A stretch of 64,000 nt of DNA from the NCBI GenBank assembly GCA_017527435.1, contig JAFXQB010000005.1, positions 165,322 through 229,321 on the forward strand, given 5' to 3'. The number at the start of each line of letters is the position of its first letter. The first letter of the stretch is position 1. The translations under genes and the position numbers were made by a program. Under the pieces are notes generated by a model. It saw only the letters and a list, made by a program, of their open reading frames with translations, did not search any database and had not been told where the DNA came from. Shown piece after piece: positions 9,872 through 20,142 of this stretch. The DNA comes from Salinivirgaceae bacterium. GTDB taxonomy: Bacteria; Bacteroidota; Bacteroidia; Bacteroidales; SZUA-534.

Positions 9872-10813
9872 TTATTTCAAAACGATGTCGGTCGAGCCAA
9901 TCATACTGCCGTCGCAGAAAATTTCGGTTTTATATGTTCCCGATGTCAGCTCGCCTTCGTCGCACTCGTAGTAAATGACCATATCAACCTTTTCGCCCTT
10001 GTAGTCAACTTCGCGCAAGGCTGAAAATGTGATTTTATCGTCTTCAAATTTGAAAGTGTCCTGTTCTTTGTTCACCAGCATCAAGCCATCGGGCGTGATG
10101 ATTCGGATGTATACTTTCTTGTTGCCCTGTGGCGCTATCGGGTTTTCGTCGAGCGTGAACTTCACAGCCAGGCGTTTAACCTTCTTGGCCTTGTTGGCCG
10201 GTTTGCCCTTCGCCGAGTAGCTGTCCATCGATGTGTTGATGGCCTTGATTACCGACGCCTTTGCCACTTTGGTTGCGGCTTCTTCGTATTTCTTTGTCAG
10301 CTGCTTGTTTTCTTGCTTGGCCTGCGTGATTTGTTTCTTCACCTGCGTGTTTTCTTCGGTGAGTTGGATGTTCAGCGTGTTGAGCGAATCAATGGTGTGA
10401 ACGAAGCTCTTCATCACGTCGCGCAGGGTTTTCAGTTCCTTCTTGAGTTTGTTGATTTGAGCCTTGTTTTCCGACTTGGTGGCCTTCAGCTCGGTCATCA
10501 GCTGCTTGATGTGCTCTTTTTCCTTCTCGAGCTGCGCTGATATGCTGTCGTTGCTCGTCTCAATGTTCTCGTAGTCGGCCAGCAGCAGGTGGTACTGCAC
10601 TGTCAGCGAGTCTTTCTCTTCTGAAACTTGATTGATGGTAATTGTCTGTATATGACTTGTATATGTCTTTGTAAAGTACAAAAAGCACATTACGGCAAGC
10701 AATACCGATTCCACAACAATGATGGTGACGAGCTTCTTATTCCGTCCGCCGCCCGATACTGATTCAAAATCTTTTAAGTTGTCCACGATGATATATTTTT
10801 TAGTGTGGGGCAA
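9872..10813 (-). CDS. Hypothetical membrane-anchored coiled-coil protein with a C-terminal beta-rich domain
   Basis: 313-aa ORF. The start is uncertain: TTG at 10813, GTG at 10786, and no early ATG. It has one TM helix (LVTIIVVESVLLAVMCFLYF), about 130 aa of heptad-like K/E/Q/L-rich sequence, then a beta-strand-like C-terminus. No family recognised. Confidence 0.6.
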   Translation of the reverse strand: MPHTKKYIIVDNLKDFESVSGGGRNKKLVTIIVVESVLLAVMCFLYFTKTYTSHIQTITINQVSEEKDSLTVQYHLLLADYENIETSNDSISAQLEKEKEHIKQLMTELKATKSENKAQINKLKKELKTLRDVMKSFVHTIDSLNTLNIQLTEENTQVKKQITQAKQENKQLTKKYEEAATKVAKASVIKAINTSMDSYSAKGKPANKAKKVKRLAVKFTLDENPIAPQGNKKVYIRIITPDGLMLVNKEQDTFKFEDDKITFSALREVDYKGEKVDMVIYYECDEGELTSGTYKTEIFCDGSMIGSTDIVLK

Positions 10814-10853
10814 AAGTATATTTTTTTCGTTTTCTCTCTATATGTCAGCCCGA

Positions 10854-11312
10854 TTATTGCACCAGAGCCTGTTTTTCGGGGTAGAGAATGTCGTAGAGAG
10901 CCGCCACAGCATCGGCAATAATGCCTGTGCAGACAATCTGATGATGGTCGCGGGCTTCAACCTGCTCTTTGTTCACCTTCTTCTTCAGCAACTCGCCGCA
11001 TTCGGCTGTTCCGTAGATTCCGACAATGGCCGCATTCAGGTCCTGTACCTTTTTGTACTGTGCCAGTTTTGTGTCCATATCTTTCGGGCCGTACTTGCCA
11101 GTAGCCATTCCAAGCACCATAAACGCACCCGTCACAGCGCCGCACTTTCCGCGCAGACGGCCCATGCCGCCGCCAAACGGTGCCGAAATCATTTTCACCG
11201 TGTCAACATCGGTCCCGAACTCGGGCGCAAACGTCATTGCCACCGACTGCGAGCAGGCATAGCCTTCTTTGAAGTATGCCAGAGCCTTGTCAATTGCTTC
11301 CTGTTTTGTCAT
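10854..11312 (-). CDS. C_GCAxxG_C_C family protein (putative redox-active)
   Basis: 152 aa. The spaced Cys signature is present: YACSQSV ... GKCGAVTGAFMVLG ... ECGELL ... VCTGII. Confidence 0.85.
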   Translation of the reverse strand: MTKQEAIDKALAYFKEGYACSQSVAMTFAPEFGTDVDTVKMISAPFGGGMGRLRGKCGAVTGAFMVLGMATGKYGPKDMDTKLAQYKKVQDLNAAIVGIYGTAECGELLKKKVNKEQVEARDHHQIVCTGIIADAVAALYDILYPEKQALVQ

Positions 11313-11342
11313 AATGTTTAGGTTTTTGATTGTATGGATTTT

Positions 11343-13475
11343 CTAATTCTGCTTCACCCCTTTCATTGTCAGGCTGATGCGGTTGCGGCGGTTGTCGACG
11401 CTCTCAACCTTCACCATCACGTGCTGATGCAGCGTCACAACATCGTTGGGGTTGCTCACATACTTGTTGGCCAACTGCGAGATGTGCACCAGACCGTCCT
11501 GATGCACGCCAATATCGACAAACGCGCCGAAGTTGGTGATGTTGGTCACAATGCCAGGCACAACCATTCCTTCCTTCAAATCGTCGATGGTGTTGACGCC
11601 TTCGGCAAATGCAAATTCCTGAATTTCAGAGCGCGGGTCGCGGCCGGGCTTTTCCAGTTCGGCTTTGATGTCCTGCAAGGTGGGCAACCCCACGGTCGGC
11701 GTCACGTAGCGTTTCAGGTCGATGCGTGAGCGCAACTTGCTGTCGGCAATTAGGTCCGACACTGTGCAGCCTAGGTCGCCTGCCATTTGGTCAACAATAT
11801 GGTAACTCTCGGGGTGCACGGCGCTGTTGTCGAGCGGATTACGCGATTCGGGTATCCGCAGGAAGGCGGCGCACTGCTCAAAAGCCTTGTCGCCAAGGCG
11901 CGGCACTTTTTTCAGTTGCTGCCGCGATGTGAAGGCACCGTTCTCTGTGCGGTAATCGACAATGCTCTGCGCCAGTTTCGGCCCCAGACCGCTCACATAG
12001 CCAAGCAGATGCATGCTAGCCGTGTTCAGGTTCACGCCCACCGAGTTCACGCAACTTTCAACCACAAAATCAAGGCTCTCTTTGAGCGCCGTTTGGTCAA
12101 CATCGTGCTGATACTGCCCCACGCCTATCGATTTCGGGTCGATTTTGACCAGTTCGGCCAGCGGGTCCATCAGTCGGCGGCCGATTGAGACCGCACCGCG
12201 CACAGTCACGTCTTGGTCGGGGAACTCGTCGCGCGCCACCTGCGACGCACTGTAAACCGACGCACCGTTCTCGCTCACAACAAAAATCTGCACATCAGTG
12301 TCGAACTTTATCGATTTCACAAATGCTTCCGTCTCGCGGCTTGCCGTGCCGTTGCCGATGGCGATGGCCTTGCAGCCGTATTTTTTCACCAGCGCGGCAA
12401 TGGTTTCCTGCGACTCGCTCCACTCGTTCTGCGGCGGATGCGGAAAGATGGCCTGATGGTGCAGCAGGTTGCCCGTCTCGTCAAGGCAGACCACCTTGCA
12501 GCCCGTGCGGAATCCAGGGTCGAGAGCCAGAATGCTCTTGCGCCCGAGCGGCGCCGCCAGAAGCAGCTGCCGCAGATTGGTCGAGAAGACGCTGATGGCT
12601 TCCTTGTCGGCCTTGTCTTTGGCTATCTTTTTGAATTCGTTTTCGATAGACGGTTGGATGAGCCGCTTGTAACTGTCGTCGATGGCCATCTCAACCTGAC
12701 GGGCGGCTTCGTTGTCGGCTTTCAGAAACTGACGGTGCAGCAGGTCGGTCACGTCGGTGCCCTGCGGCTCGATGCTGATACGCAGGAAGCCTTCGTTCTC
12801 ACCGCGGCGCATGGCTAGCATTCGGTGCGACGGGCAGCGGCGCAGCGGTTCCGAAAAGTCGTAGTAGTCGCCGTATTTGATGGCGTCGGGTTCCTTGCCC
12901 TTCACCACTTTCGATGTTACCACAGCATTGTGGCTGAAGCAGTTGCGCACGCGCTGACGAGCCACGGCATTCTCGCTCACCCATTCGGCAATGATGTCGC
13001 GCGCACCGGCCAGAGCCTTTTCCGGCTCGTCGATGTCGCCCTTCAAGAACCGTTCGGCCATCAGTTCGGCACTGCCCGGATTCTGCTTCATGAGCCATCC
13101 GGCCAATGGTTCCAATCCCTGCTCGCGCGCCACAGTGGCACGGGTGCGTTTCTTCGGCTTGTAGGGCAGATAAAGGTCTTCGAGCGTGGTGCTGTCGAGC
13201 GCATCATCGATTTTGCGCTTCAACTCATCAGTGAGTTTGCCCTGCTCGGCAATGGTCTCGACAATGGTCTGCTTGCGTTTCTCGAGTTCGGCAAACTTGT
13301 GATATTGGCTCTCGATGTTGAAGATGGCCACCTCGTCAAGGCCGCCTGTGGCCTCCTTGCGGTAACGGCTGATGAACGGCACGGTGGCGCCGCCGTCGAG
13401 CAGACCGGTAACGGCCTCAACCTGTTCGAGTTTGATGCCGAGCGCTTCGGCTATTGCTTTTAGATATTTGAGCAT
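11343..13475 (-). CDS. tex: Tex-like transcription accessory protein (YqgF/HhH/S1 domains)
   Basis: 710 aa. N-terminus VPFISRYRKEATGGLDE, a YqgF-like core (ILALDPGFRTGCKVV) and a C-terminal S1 domain (GIVTNITNFGAFVDIGVHQDGLVHISQL) are present. Confidence 0.9.
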   Translation of the reverse strand: MLKYLKAIAEALGIKLEQVEAVTGLLDGGATVPFISRYRKEATGGLDEVAIFNIESQYHKFAELEKRKQTIVETIAEQGKLTDELKRKIDDALDSTTLEDLYLPYKPKKRTRATVAREQGLEPLAGWLMKQNPGSAELMAERFLKGDIDEPEKALAGARDIIAEWVSENAVARQRVRNCFSHNAVVTSKVVKGKEPDAIKYGDYYDFSEPLRRCPSHRMLAMRRGENEGFLRISIEPQGTDVTDLLHRQFLKADNEAARQVEMAIDDSYKRLIQPSIENEFKKIAKDKADKEAISVFSTNLRQLLLAAPLGRKSILALDPGFRTGCKVVCLDETGNLLHHQAIFPHPPQNEWSESQETIAALVKKYGCKAIAIGNGTASRETEAFVKSIKFDTDVQIFVVSENGASVYSASQVARDEFPDQDVTVRGAVSIGRRLMDPLAELVKIDPKSIGVGQYQHDVDQTALKESLDFVVESCVNSVGVNLNTASMHLLGYVSGLGPKLAQSIVDYRTENGAFTSRQQLKKVPRLGDKAFEQCAAFLRIPESRNPLDNSAVHPESYHIVDQMAGDLGCTVSDLIADSKLRSRIDLKRYVTPTVGLPTLQDIKAELEKPGRDPRSEIQEFAFAEGVNTIDDLKEGMVVPGIVTNITNFGAFVDIGVHQDGLVHISQLANKYVSNPNDVVTLHQHVMVKVESVDNRRNRISLTMKGVKQN

Positions 13476-13558
13476 AGTGATAACAAACAGTTATTCAGTA
13501 TCTTCAACATAGTCACTTGACAAGTAAGTTTAAACTTTTGGAATGATTGTTTCTCAAC

Positions 13559-14914
13559 TTATTTTGTCAATCTGTTTTGTTTGACAATCAAGTTGTTGCC
13601 AACAATCGAGCGGTTGCGTCCTGCCACTTTGAATGGCATAATTCTAGCCGCTTTTGCAGTAAGTGGCTGCCCGCCAATGACATCAAGAGCCGTGGCAAGC
13701 ATCGGGTCGTTGGCATCGCCAAACTGATAGCCGTCCATCAATACGTCTTCCACTTCGTAGTCAGGTGTCAAACCATCGACAAAATCGGTAAATCCTTCAG
13801 CGTTTGCATATTTCATGCAGACGGGCAGCAACGCCCAATTTTCCAAATCTTCAAGATCTTCAAGTGTATTGTCGAAAACAAACATACCTGTGTATTTGCC
13901 GTAAGTGCTTGCTCCTATCAGTTTCACGTTCATATAAGGTTTAAGGCCGATGGTAACCAACTCACTTGCTGACGCTGTGCCTTCAGTGACAAGCACATAC
14001 AAGTTTTCAATATCAGCATTATGGCTGTTGGACGGAAACCGGTACTGAATATCATCTTCATTTCCTCTACTTGTATAATACTCTGTCAGCACATTATTAT
14101 AGACATAGGATACAAGCACTTCGTGGTTTTCGACTACGCTTGTGGGCGCGATGGCCGAAGCAAGGTGTCCAGCTGTTTCAATATCGCCGCCACCGTTGTA
14201 GCGCAAGTCGAGAATCAGGTCTTTGACACCTGCAGCCTTGAAGCGGTCGAACACGGCATCCATCGTTGCGTAATAACCGGCATCAGTTGTGAAGGCTGTG
14301 AAAACGTAATAGCCAACAGGCTTGTTATTTACCATGAGAATGGTGTCGTAAACCGAAGGATCGGCCTTGATTTTCTCGGCTTTCATTGAAATATCAACAT
14401 CAGTCACTAACTCATTTTTTACAACATCGTACTTACCGAGTGTGTAAGTAGCCTGTTCTTTCAAGTAAAGTTCATAGTAATTGTCTGGTGTCATGGATTG
14501 CCCATTGATATCGAGAATGATGTCGCCGCGTTTCAATCCGGCACGGTCGGCGGGCGAGCCCGGATAGACGAATTCAACCACAATCAGCACGTTTTTTTGA
14601 TCGTTGTAGTACCAAAATTGTGGTGAGTAACCCATTGAGAACGGGCTTCCGGCGAGCTCATCGTTCAGCGATTGGCTGTCGTCAGTGATAAACGACCAAT
14701 GGTCTTCCTTGCTGTACAGCAGGCTCTCAAAGAAATCGGCCGGATTGCGGTCGTCGCCGCGCTGATATCTCGGCATATGCCTGTTCCACAAATAGTAGTC
14801 AGACATGATGTCGTAGATGCACTTGTTAATAGGCGCATACTCATTATCATTGGAATTTCCGCATGATGCGAACAACACGGCCAACAGACCGAATAAAAGC
14901 AAATGTTTCTTCAT
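13559..14914 (-). CDS. S41-family C-terminal processing peptidase, lipoprotein
   Basis: I chose ATG 14914 (MKKHLLLFGLLAVLFASCGN, lipobox) over the upstream TTG 14938. It has a PDZ-like segment GSPADRAGLKRGDIILDING and an S41 active-site region LDLRYNGGG ... TEGTASASE. Confidence 0.85.
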   Translation of the reverse strand: MKKHLLLFGLLAVLFASCGNSNDNEYAPINKCIYDIMSDYYLWNRHMPRYQRGDDRNPADFFESLLYSKEDHWSFITDDSQSLNDELAGSPFSMGYSPQFWYYNDQKNVLIVVEFVYPGSPADRAGLKRGDIILDINGQSMTPDNYYELYLKEQATYTLGKYDVVKNELVTDVDISMKAEKIKADPSVYDTILMVNNKPVGYYVFTAFTTDAGYYATMDAVFDRFKAAGVKDLILDLRYNGGGDIETAGHLASAIAPTSVVENHEVLVSYVYNNVLTEYYTSRGNEDDIQYRFPSNSHNADIENLYVLVTEGTASASELVTIGLKPYMNVKLIGASTYGKYTGMFVFDNTLEDLEDLENWALLPVCMKYANAEGFTDFVDGLTPDYEVEDVLMDGYQFGDANDPMLATALDVIGGQPLTAKAARIMPFKVAGRNRSIVGNNLIVKQNRLTK

Positions 14915-14972
14915 GATTCTTATTTTTAATAGGTGCAATAATACGATTTTTTCGATTACACCTGTTCGCCCG

Positions 14973-16931
14973 CTACTGTTTCAGGAAATGAAACGCATTG
15001 AAAAGCTTGATGCGGTGGCCAACATGCAGGTCGGGTGTGGGCTGCATGAGCTTTACAACGGCTTCGAGAATATTGTCGGGCGAGTAGCCGCAAATCTCAT
15101 AAAGCTCATGCGACGCGCCGTGCTCAACAAACTTATCGGGGATGCCAAGTCGCACCACATTGGCCGTGAAACTGTGGTCGGCCATAAACTCAAGAACAGC
15201 GCTTCCGAAACCGCCGCTCAACACGCCATCTTCTATAGTAATAATTTTATTGAACCGGCTGAACACGTTGAGTAACAGATCGGTATCCATCGGCTTGACG
15301 AACCGCATATCGTAGTGAGCGTAATCGATGCCGTGCGCTATAATCTTATCGGCCACTTCTTTGACAAAGTTGCCGGTGTTGCCAATGGTGAGAATGGCCA
15401 CATCAGTGCCTTCGCGGATGGTGCGGGCCTTGCCTATCGGAATCAACTCAAATGAGCCGTGCCAATTATTACCCGGCGCTTTTCCGCGCGGATAGCGGAT
15501 AGAGAACGGCCCGGTGGGCTTGTGCTGCGCGGTGTACATCATGTTGCGCAACTCGTGCTCGTCCATTGGGGCGGCAATGGTCATGTTGGGGATGCTGCGC
15601 ATGAAGGCGATGTCAAAAGCTCCGTGGTGCGTGGGACCGTCGGCACCAACAATGCCGGCTCGGTCAAGGCAGAAGACGACATTCAGATTCTGCAGAGCCA
15701 CATCGTGAATAATCTGATCGTAGGCGCGCTGCATGAACGATGAGTAGATATTGCAGAACGGCACCATGCCCTGCGCGGCCAAGCCTGCGGCGAAGGTTAC
15801 GGCGTGCTCTTCGGCAATGCCCACATCGAACGTGCGGTCGGGCAGTTTTTCCATCATAATGTTCATGCTGCAACCCGTTGGCATGGCGGGCGTGATGCCC
15901 ACAATTTTCGGGTTGCGCTCGGCAAGCTCAAGCAGCGTGTGGCCGAACACATCCTGATAGCGCGGACGGTCGTCGGTCTTGCCTTTGATGATTTCGCCCG
16001 TCTTTTTGTCGAACAGACCCGGTGCGTGCCATGTGGTCTGATCCTGCTCGGCCTGCGGGAATCCCTTGCCCTTCACCGTCTTGATGTGCAGCAGCTTGGG
16101 GCCCGGAATGCGTTTCAGGTCGTCGAGCACGCGGGCAAGATAGACGACATCGTGGCCGTCGATAGGGCCGAAATAGCGGAAATTCAGGGCTTCGAACAGG
16201 TTGCCCTGCTTCATCAGGATTGCCTTCACGCCGTGGTCGATTTTCTGTATAAGCGCTTGAGTATTAGGTCCGAAGCGGTTCAGCTTTCCTAATACGTTCC
16301 AAACATCTTCCTTCAGTTTGTTGTAGCGCTGCGATGTCGACACATCGACCAAATAGTCTTTGAACGCGCCCACACTCGGGTCGATGGCCATGTTGTTATC
16401 GTTCAGGACCACAAGCAGATTGGTCTTTTGCACGCCTGCGTTGTTAAGACCTTCAAAAGCCAATCCGCCGGTCATCGAGCCGTCGCCGATGATGGCCACC
16501 ACATTACGATCGGTCTCGCCTTTGAGCTTGGCACCCATGGCCAACCCTAAAGCAGCTGATATTGAAGTTGATGCGTGTCCGGCGCCAAAAGCGTCGTACT
16601 CACTCTCGCTGCGCTTGGGGAAACCAGATATGCCGTGCAGCAGTCGGTTCGACGGGAACTGGTCGCGGCGGCCGGTGAGAATCTTATGGCCGTAAGCTTG
16701 GTGCCCCACATCCCAAACAAGCTGGTCGTAAGGCGTATTATACACATAATGAAGGGCAACCGTGAGCTCAACTACACCTAAACTTGAACCAAAATGACCG
16801 GGGTGCTTGCTCACCACATCGATGATGTACTGGCGCAGCTCGTCGCAAATGGCGGGCAACTCTTCGACCTTGTATTTTTTAAGGTCGTCGGGCGAATTTA
16901 TGTTCGAAAGATATTTACCTGCGTCAGGCAT
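14973..16931 (-). CDS. dxs: 1-deoxy-D-xylulose-5-phosphate synthase
   Basis: 652 aa. DVGHQAYGHKILTGRRD, the TPP-binding GDGSMTGGLAFEGLNNAG and the transketolase-like C-terminal domains are present. Confidence 0.95.
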   Translation of the reverse strand: MPDAGKYLSNINSPDDLKKYKVEELPAICDELRQYIIDVVSKHPGHFGSSLGVVELTVALHYVYNTPYDQLVWDVGHQAYGHKILTGRRDQFPSNRLLHGISGFPKRSESEYDAFGAGHASTSISAALGLAMGAKLKGETDRNVVAIIGDGSMTGGLAFEGLNNAGVQKTNLLVVLNDNNMAIDPSVGAFKDYLVDVSTSQRYNKLKEDVWNVLGKLNRFGPNTQALIQKIDHGVKAILMKQGNLFEALNFRYFGPIDGHDVVYLARVLDDLKRIPGPKLLHIKTVKGKGFPQAEQDQTTWHAPGLFDKKTGEIIKGKTDDRPRYQDVFGHTLLELAERNPKIVGITPAMPTGCSMNIMMEKLPDRTFDVGIAEEHAVTFAAGLAAQGMVPFCNIYSSFMQRAYDQIIHDVALQNLNVVFCLDRAGIVGADGPTHHGAFDIAFMRSIPNMTIAAPMDEHELRNMMYTAQHKPTGPFSIRYPRGKAPGNNWHGSFELIPIGKARTIREGTDVAILTIGNTGNFVKEVADKIIAHGIDYAHYDMRFVKPMDTDLLLNVFSRFNKIITIEDGVLSGGFGSAVLEFMADHSFTANVVRLGIPDKFVEHGASHELYEICGYSPDNILEAVVKLMQPTPDLHVGHRIKLFNAFHFLKQ

Positions 16932-17025
16932 TGCTCACCATTTTAAAATCTCGCAAAGATATACAGAATATAATGCCTTTAGTGTTAGTGGCACAGATTT
17001 TTGCGGCTGGCCGTTTTCTTCCAAG

Positions 17026-17286
17026 TCAGAACTTTTCCGGGTCCATTTCTTCAAGTTCAGCCATTATCTTGACCGCCTCGGCGCGCGACTGGCCGCAGAT
17101 GAGCGGGTCGGGTTGGAAGGCGCTGCAAATGCGCGGGCGCTCGGGGCGGCCGAAAATCTTGCAGCGCAAATCGTCGTCAAGGTTCACGCAGCGCACACCC
17201 GCAGGCTTGCCGTTGGGCATTCCCGGAATGGGCGAACTTATCGAAATCACTATGCAGCAGGCTGCACATTTTGGGCGGCATTCCAT
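17026..17286 (-). CDS. YkgJ-family cysteine-cluster protein (UPF0153)
   Basis: 86 aa. It has N-terminal CRPKCAACC and further Cys residues (VRCVNL, LRCKIF, RICSAF, LICG), typical of the small Zn/Fe-chelating YkgJ family. Confidence 0.72.
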   Translation of the reverse strand: MECRPKCAACCIVISISSPIPGMPNGKPAGVRCVNLDDDLRCKIFGRPERPRICSAFQPDPLICGQSRAEAVKIMAELEEMDPEKF

Positions 17287-17403
17287 AATACTATCGTTTT
17301 AACCGGAGCGAAAATAGAGATTTTTATAACAGTGCCGAAAGTGGTTAAAAAATTGCGTTTCGGCTCTAATATAATCGAATGCTTCAAGTGATTTTAGTAG
17401 AAT

Positions 17404-17436
17404 AAGAAACGGCTGCCGTATTGGTAGCCGTTTCTT
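17404..17436 (-). terminator. Hairpin downstream of the 17449..20139 gene
   Basis: aagaaacggct-gccgtattggt-agccgtttctt forms an 11-bp perfect stem 12 nt after the stop codon. The trailing U-tract on the minus strand is weak. Confidence 0.5.
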
Positions 17437-17448
17437 TATGATTCAAAT

Positions 17449-20139
17449 TTAATAATCATCTTCCAAGAAACTGCTGTCGTTATAGGTGCTGTCGTCGGCC
17501 AGTTCTTCTATATCTATATATTTATCTTTTTCTTTATCATATTTCATATAAACATGTATCAACCAAAAAGGACAATCTCTATCACCAGCCTTTTTGTTTA
17601 TTTTAGTCAACTTATTGGTATACAGATCTTTCATCCAGCTAGGTCTTCCTTTGGTGGGATTGGTGCTTAATTCGGTTTGCCACTCCTCGTCGGTGAGTCT
17701 GTTGCCAAGAGAACCCACAAATTCACGGTAATCGTACACTCCGCCCCGGGTTAGATAGATTTGATTGTTGTGCTCGACAACCACATAAATTGTATTGGCG
17801 TTGCCTATTGCCTCGTACAAAATACCGTTTTTATCGCAGCCATCGATTGAACGGGTGAACACATCGGCAACTACAGCCACACAAGTATCGGCACCTTCAA
17901 CTTGATCCCAACTATTTAACGCATAGTCGTTCATATATAGCAAAGTCATATACTCGAATTCTCCGCCGGTTTTTTCCAAATAATCATTTTCTCTTTTCGT
18001 CAATTTTTCGCCTTTTAACTCTTTCTTTGAGATTTCTATTGCCTCTTCAACCGCTCTCATTAAATTACTTGCAGATGATTGAAGCCATCCATCATAACCT
18101 GCTTTTTTCAGCATTTGAACATTAAGATTTAGCATCTCTTTCATTTTTTCCCAAAATAGAAGATTGGGCTCCAGATAATTTTGAAAATATTCGGGGGCGG
18201 GCAGGCTGATAGCATAATAATAATCATCAGGTCCTCCACCACCCATTTCTGCCCCATCTGGTTGTTCTGAATAAAGAATTGCATCGTGCTTTAATTCTGC
18301 CCACGAGCCCAACGCGGCGTTCATATTCTTGCGTTCCCAGGCGCTGGTTTGCATGTGGCCTGGCCAATCCTTGTTTTTTTTCTGCAAAACAATAAGGCTC
18401 TCGAACCATTTGTTGTACATGGTTTTATCGAAGTTGCTGTATTGAGAGAATTTGCCGCGCATCTTCGTGCTTTTTTCGTTGTACTTGTCCCATGTTTTTG
18501 TTCCATTATCAGTGCTGTCCAATATGTTAGCCGCGGTAGCCGATCCAAACGCATCGAAAACGTCCAATCCGCTGGGATAAGCGCGGTCGGCATTTGGAAC
18601 GCTATCGTACATTGTGCCCAACACCTCATTGTCAGGAACATAGCGCTGTGGCATAAAATTTATCTCAACACCCTTATAAGAATTGATTTTTGAGTGTTCG
18701 GCAAACTTCTGGACAATAATGTTTTGTGCCTGTTTCACCTTTTGCTGGTTGCAAATATCGGCAACCGTGTTTATGCCCAACTCGGTGTCGATAATGTCGG
18801 CAATTTCGGCTATTGAAACATTGTCGGGCTCACCCATAAGGAATGTAACGGGATCGAGAACCGAGAAATACTTATCTTTTATCTCGCTGGACGACAGCTC
18901 AAACTGATATGCCAGATAAAGTGTTTGTTGAAGATTGAAACTGGCGGTTTGAAGCCACATCATGGCTTTGAAATAGCGGCGGCTCTCTTCGGTGCGGGTA
19001 TAATTTCCGCGCGGTTTGAATAAGCTATACGCAAAATAGTCGGTGCCCATAAAGGCAGAACTACCATCGGATTCTGCCATAATTTTCGACAACTCGCTAT
19101 TATACGACTCCCTCATCGATTCGGGCAGATTTTCAACATCTTCGCCTGAAGCAAGTTTTATTGCAATGGCATAGAATGTTGCGGCGTTCGCGGCCAAAAT
19201 CTTTTCGGTTGGGTCTAGTGGTTCGTCAATTGCTTGCAAACTATTATCGTACATTTTGTTGCACAATTCGATAATGGCTGGGAGAAAATGCTTGGTCTCG
19301 AGCTCCTTCAGCAGCCAACTGAAATATTTGTGATAAGTATGCAGATAAAGGTCGGTTGTTACGTACACAGGCAGATTGTCGTAAAGCTCGTAAGGGTTGA
19401 ACAAATGGCTGTATTGGTCGCTGGATATTGCAAAATTCTGTTTTTGAAGGTTGTTCCAAAATTTGTCATCGGCAATGTCAACGTAACTCTTGTTGTATAA
19501 GAGTTGCGAGTTGGGCAAGATTACCCCGTCGACATCAACGTATCGGAGCTTTTCCCATTCGGCAATGCACTCATCGACGCGCGCAACAAACGCCTGCTCC
19601 TCATCGTTCAGCGATATAAGGCTGTAGGTTTTCGGGTAATCCTCATCCCATAATTTCCAATACTCCGAAAAATTGTTCTCGTGTTTTTCTTTAGCATGCT
19701 GTTTTGCAACGGGCTTTAAATCCTGAATATATTGCTTTATGGTGAGAAGTTTTTCGCAAATCTCTCCCTCCTTGAACCAATGGCCGTTGCGAGCGTAAGG
19801 AATGCTACGCAGCAGGCGCAGCTCCTCAAATGAGAAACTGTCTAATGCAATGTCGTAGTTGGGGTTGCAATAGAATTTATCGAAGTCGAACGAAAGGCCG
19901 TAATGATCGGGCGTGCCTTCGTATTTTGCCATTTGTTTTTTGAGTTTATCCAACTTGACGGCAACCCTTTTGCGTACGGCTTCATCATTATCGCTTTTCG
20001 AAACGCCGGTTTCGGTATTAGTAACTGATTCAGAGCCGTTGCCCTTTTTGTTCGATTTATTGCAAGCCAACGTGCCGAAAATCAGCGCAATGCTTACGGT
20101 TATCGGAAGAATTTGTTTAAATGGTTTGTATGTTCTCAT
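17449..20139 (-). CDS. Large lipoprotein with a YARHG-type motif and a DUF3160-like body
   Basis: 896 aa. It has a lipoprotein signal (IFGTLACNKSN) and SIPYARNGHWFKEGE, which matches the YARHG-domain signature. The rest resembles DUF3160 proteins from memory only. It is more AT-rich than its neighbours. Confidence 0.6.
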   Translation of the reverse strand: MRTYKPFKQILPITVSIALIFGTLACNKSNKKGNGSESVTNTETGVSKSDNDEAVRKRVAVKLDKLKKQMAKYEGTPDHYGLSFDFDKFYCNPNYDIALDSFSFEELRLLRSIPYARNGHWFKEGEICEKLLTIKQYIQDLKPVAKQHAKEKHENNFSEYWKLWDEDYPKTYSLISLNDEEQAFVARVDECIAEWEKLRYVDVDGVILPNSQLLYNKSYVDIADDKFWNNLQKQNFAISSDQYSHLFNPYELYDNLPVYVTTDLYLHTYHKYFSWLLKELETKHFLPAIIELCNKMYDNSLQAIDEPLDPTEKILAANAATFYAIAIKLASGEDVENLPESMRESYNSELSKIMAESDGSSAFMGTDYFAYSLFKPRGNYTRTEESRRYFKAMMWLQTASFNLQQTLYLAYQFELSSSEIKDKYFSVLDPVTFLMGEPDNVSIAEIADIIDTELGINTVADICNQQKVKQAQNIIVQKFAEHSKINSYKGVEINFMPQRYVPDNEVLGTMYDSVPNADRAYPSGLDVFDAFGSATAANILDSTDNGTKTWDKYNEKSTKMRGKFSQYSNFDKTMYNKWFESLIVLQKKNKDWPGHMQTSAWERKNMNAALGSWAELKHDAILYSEQPDGAEMGGGGPDDYYYAISLPAPEYFQNYLEPNLLFWEKMKEMLNLNVQMLKKAGYDGWLQSSASNLMRAVEEAIEISKKELKGEKLTKRENDYLEKTGGEFEYMTLLYMNDYALNSWDQVEGADTCVAVVADVFTRSIDGCDKNGILYEAIGNANTIYVVVEHNNQIYLTRGGVYDYREFVGSLGNRLTDEEWQTELSTNPTKGRPSWMKDLYTNKLTKINKKAGDRDCPFWLIHVYMKYDKEKDKYIDIEELADDSTYNDSSFLEDDY

Positions 20140-20142
20140 TGT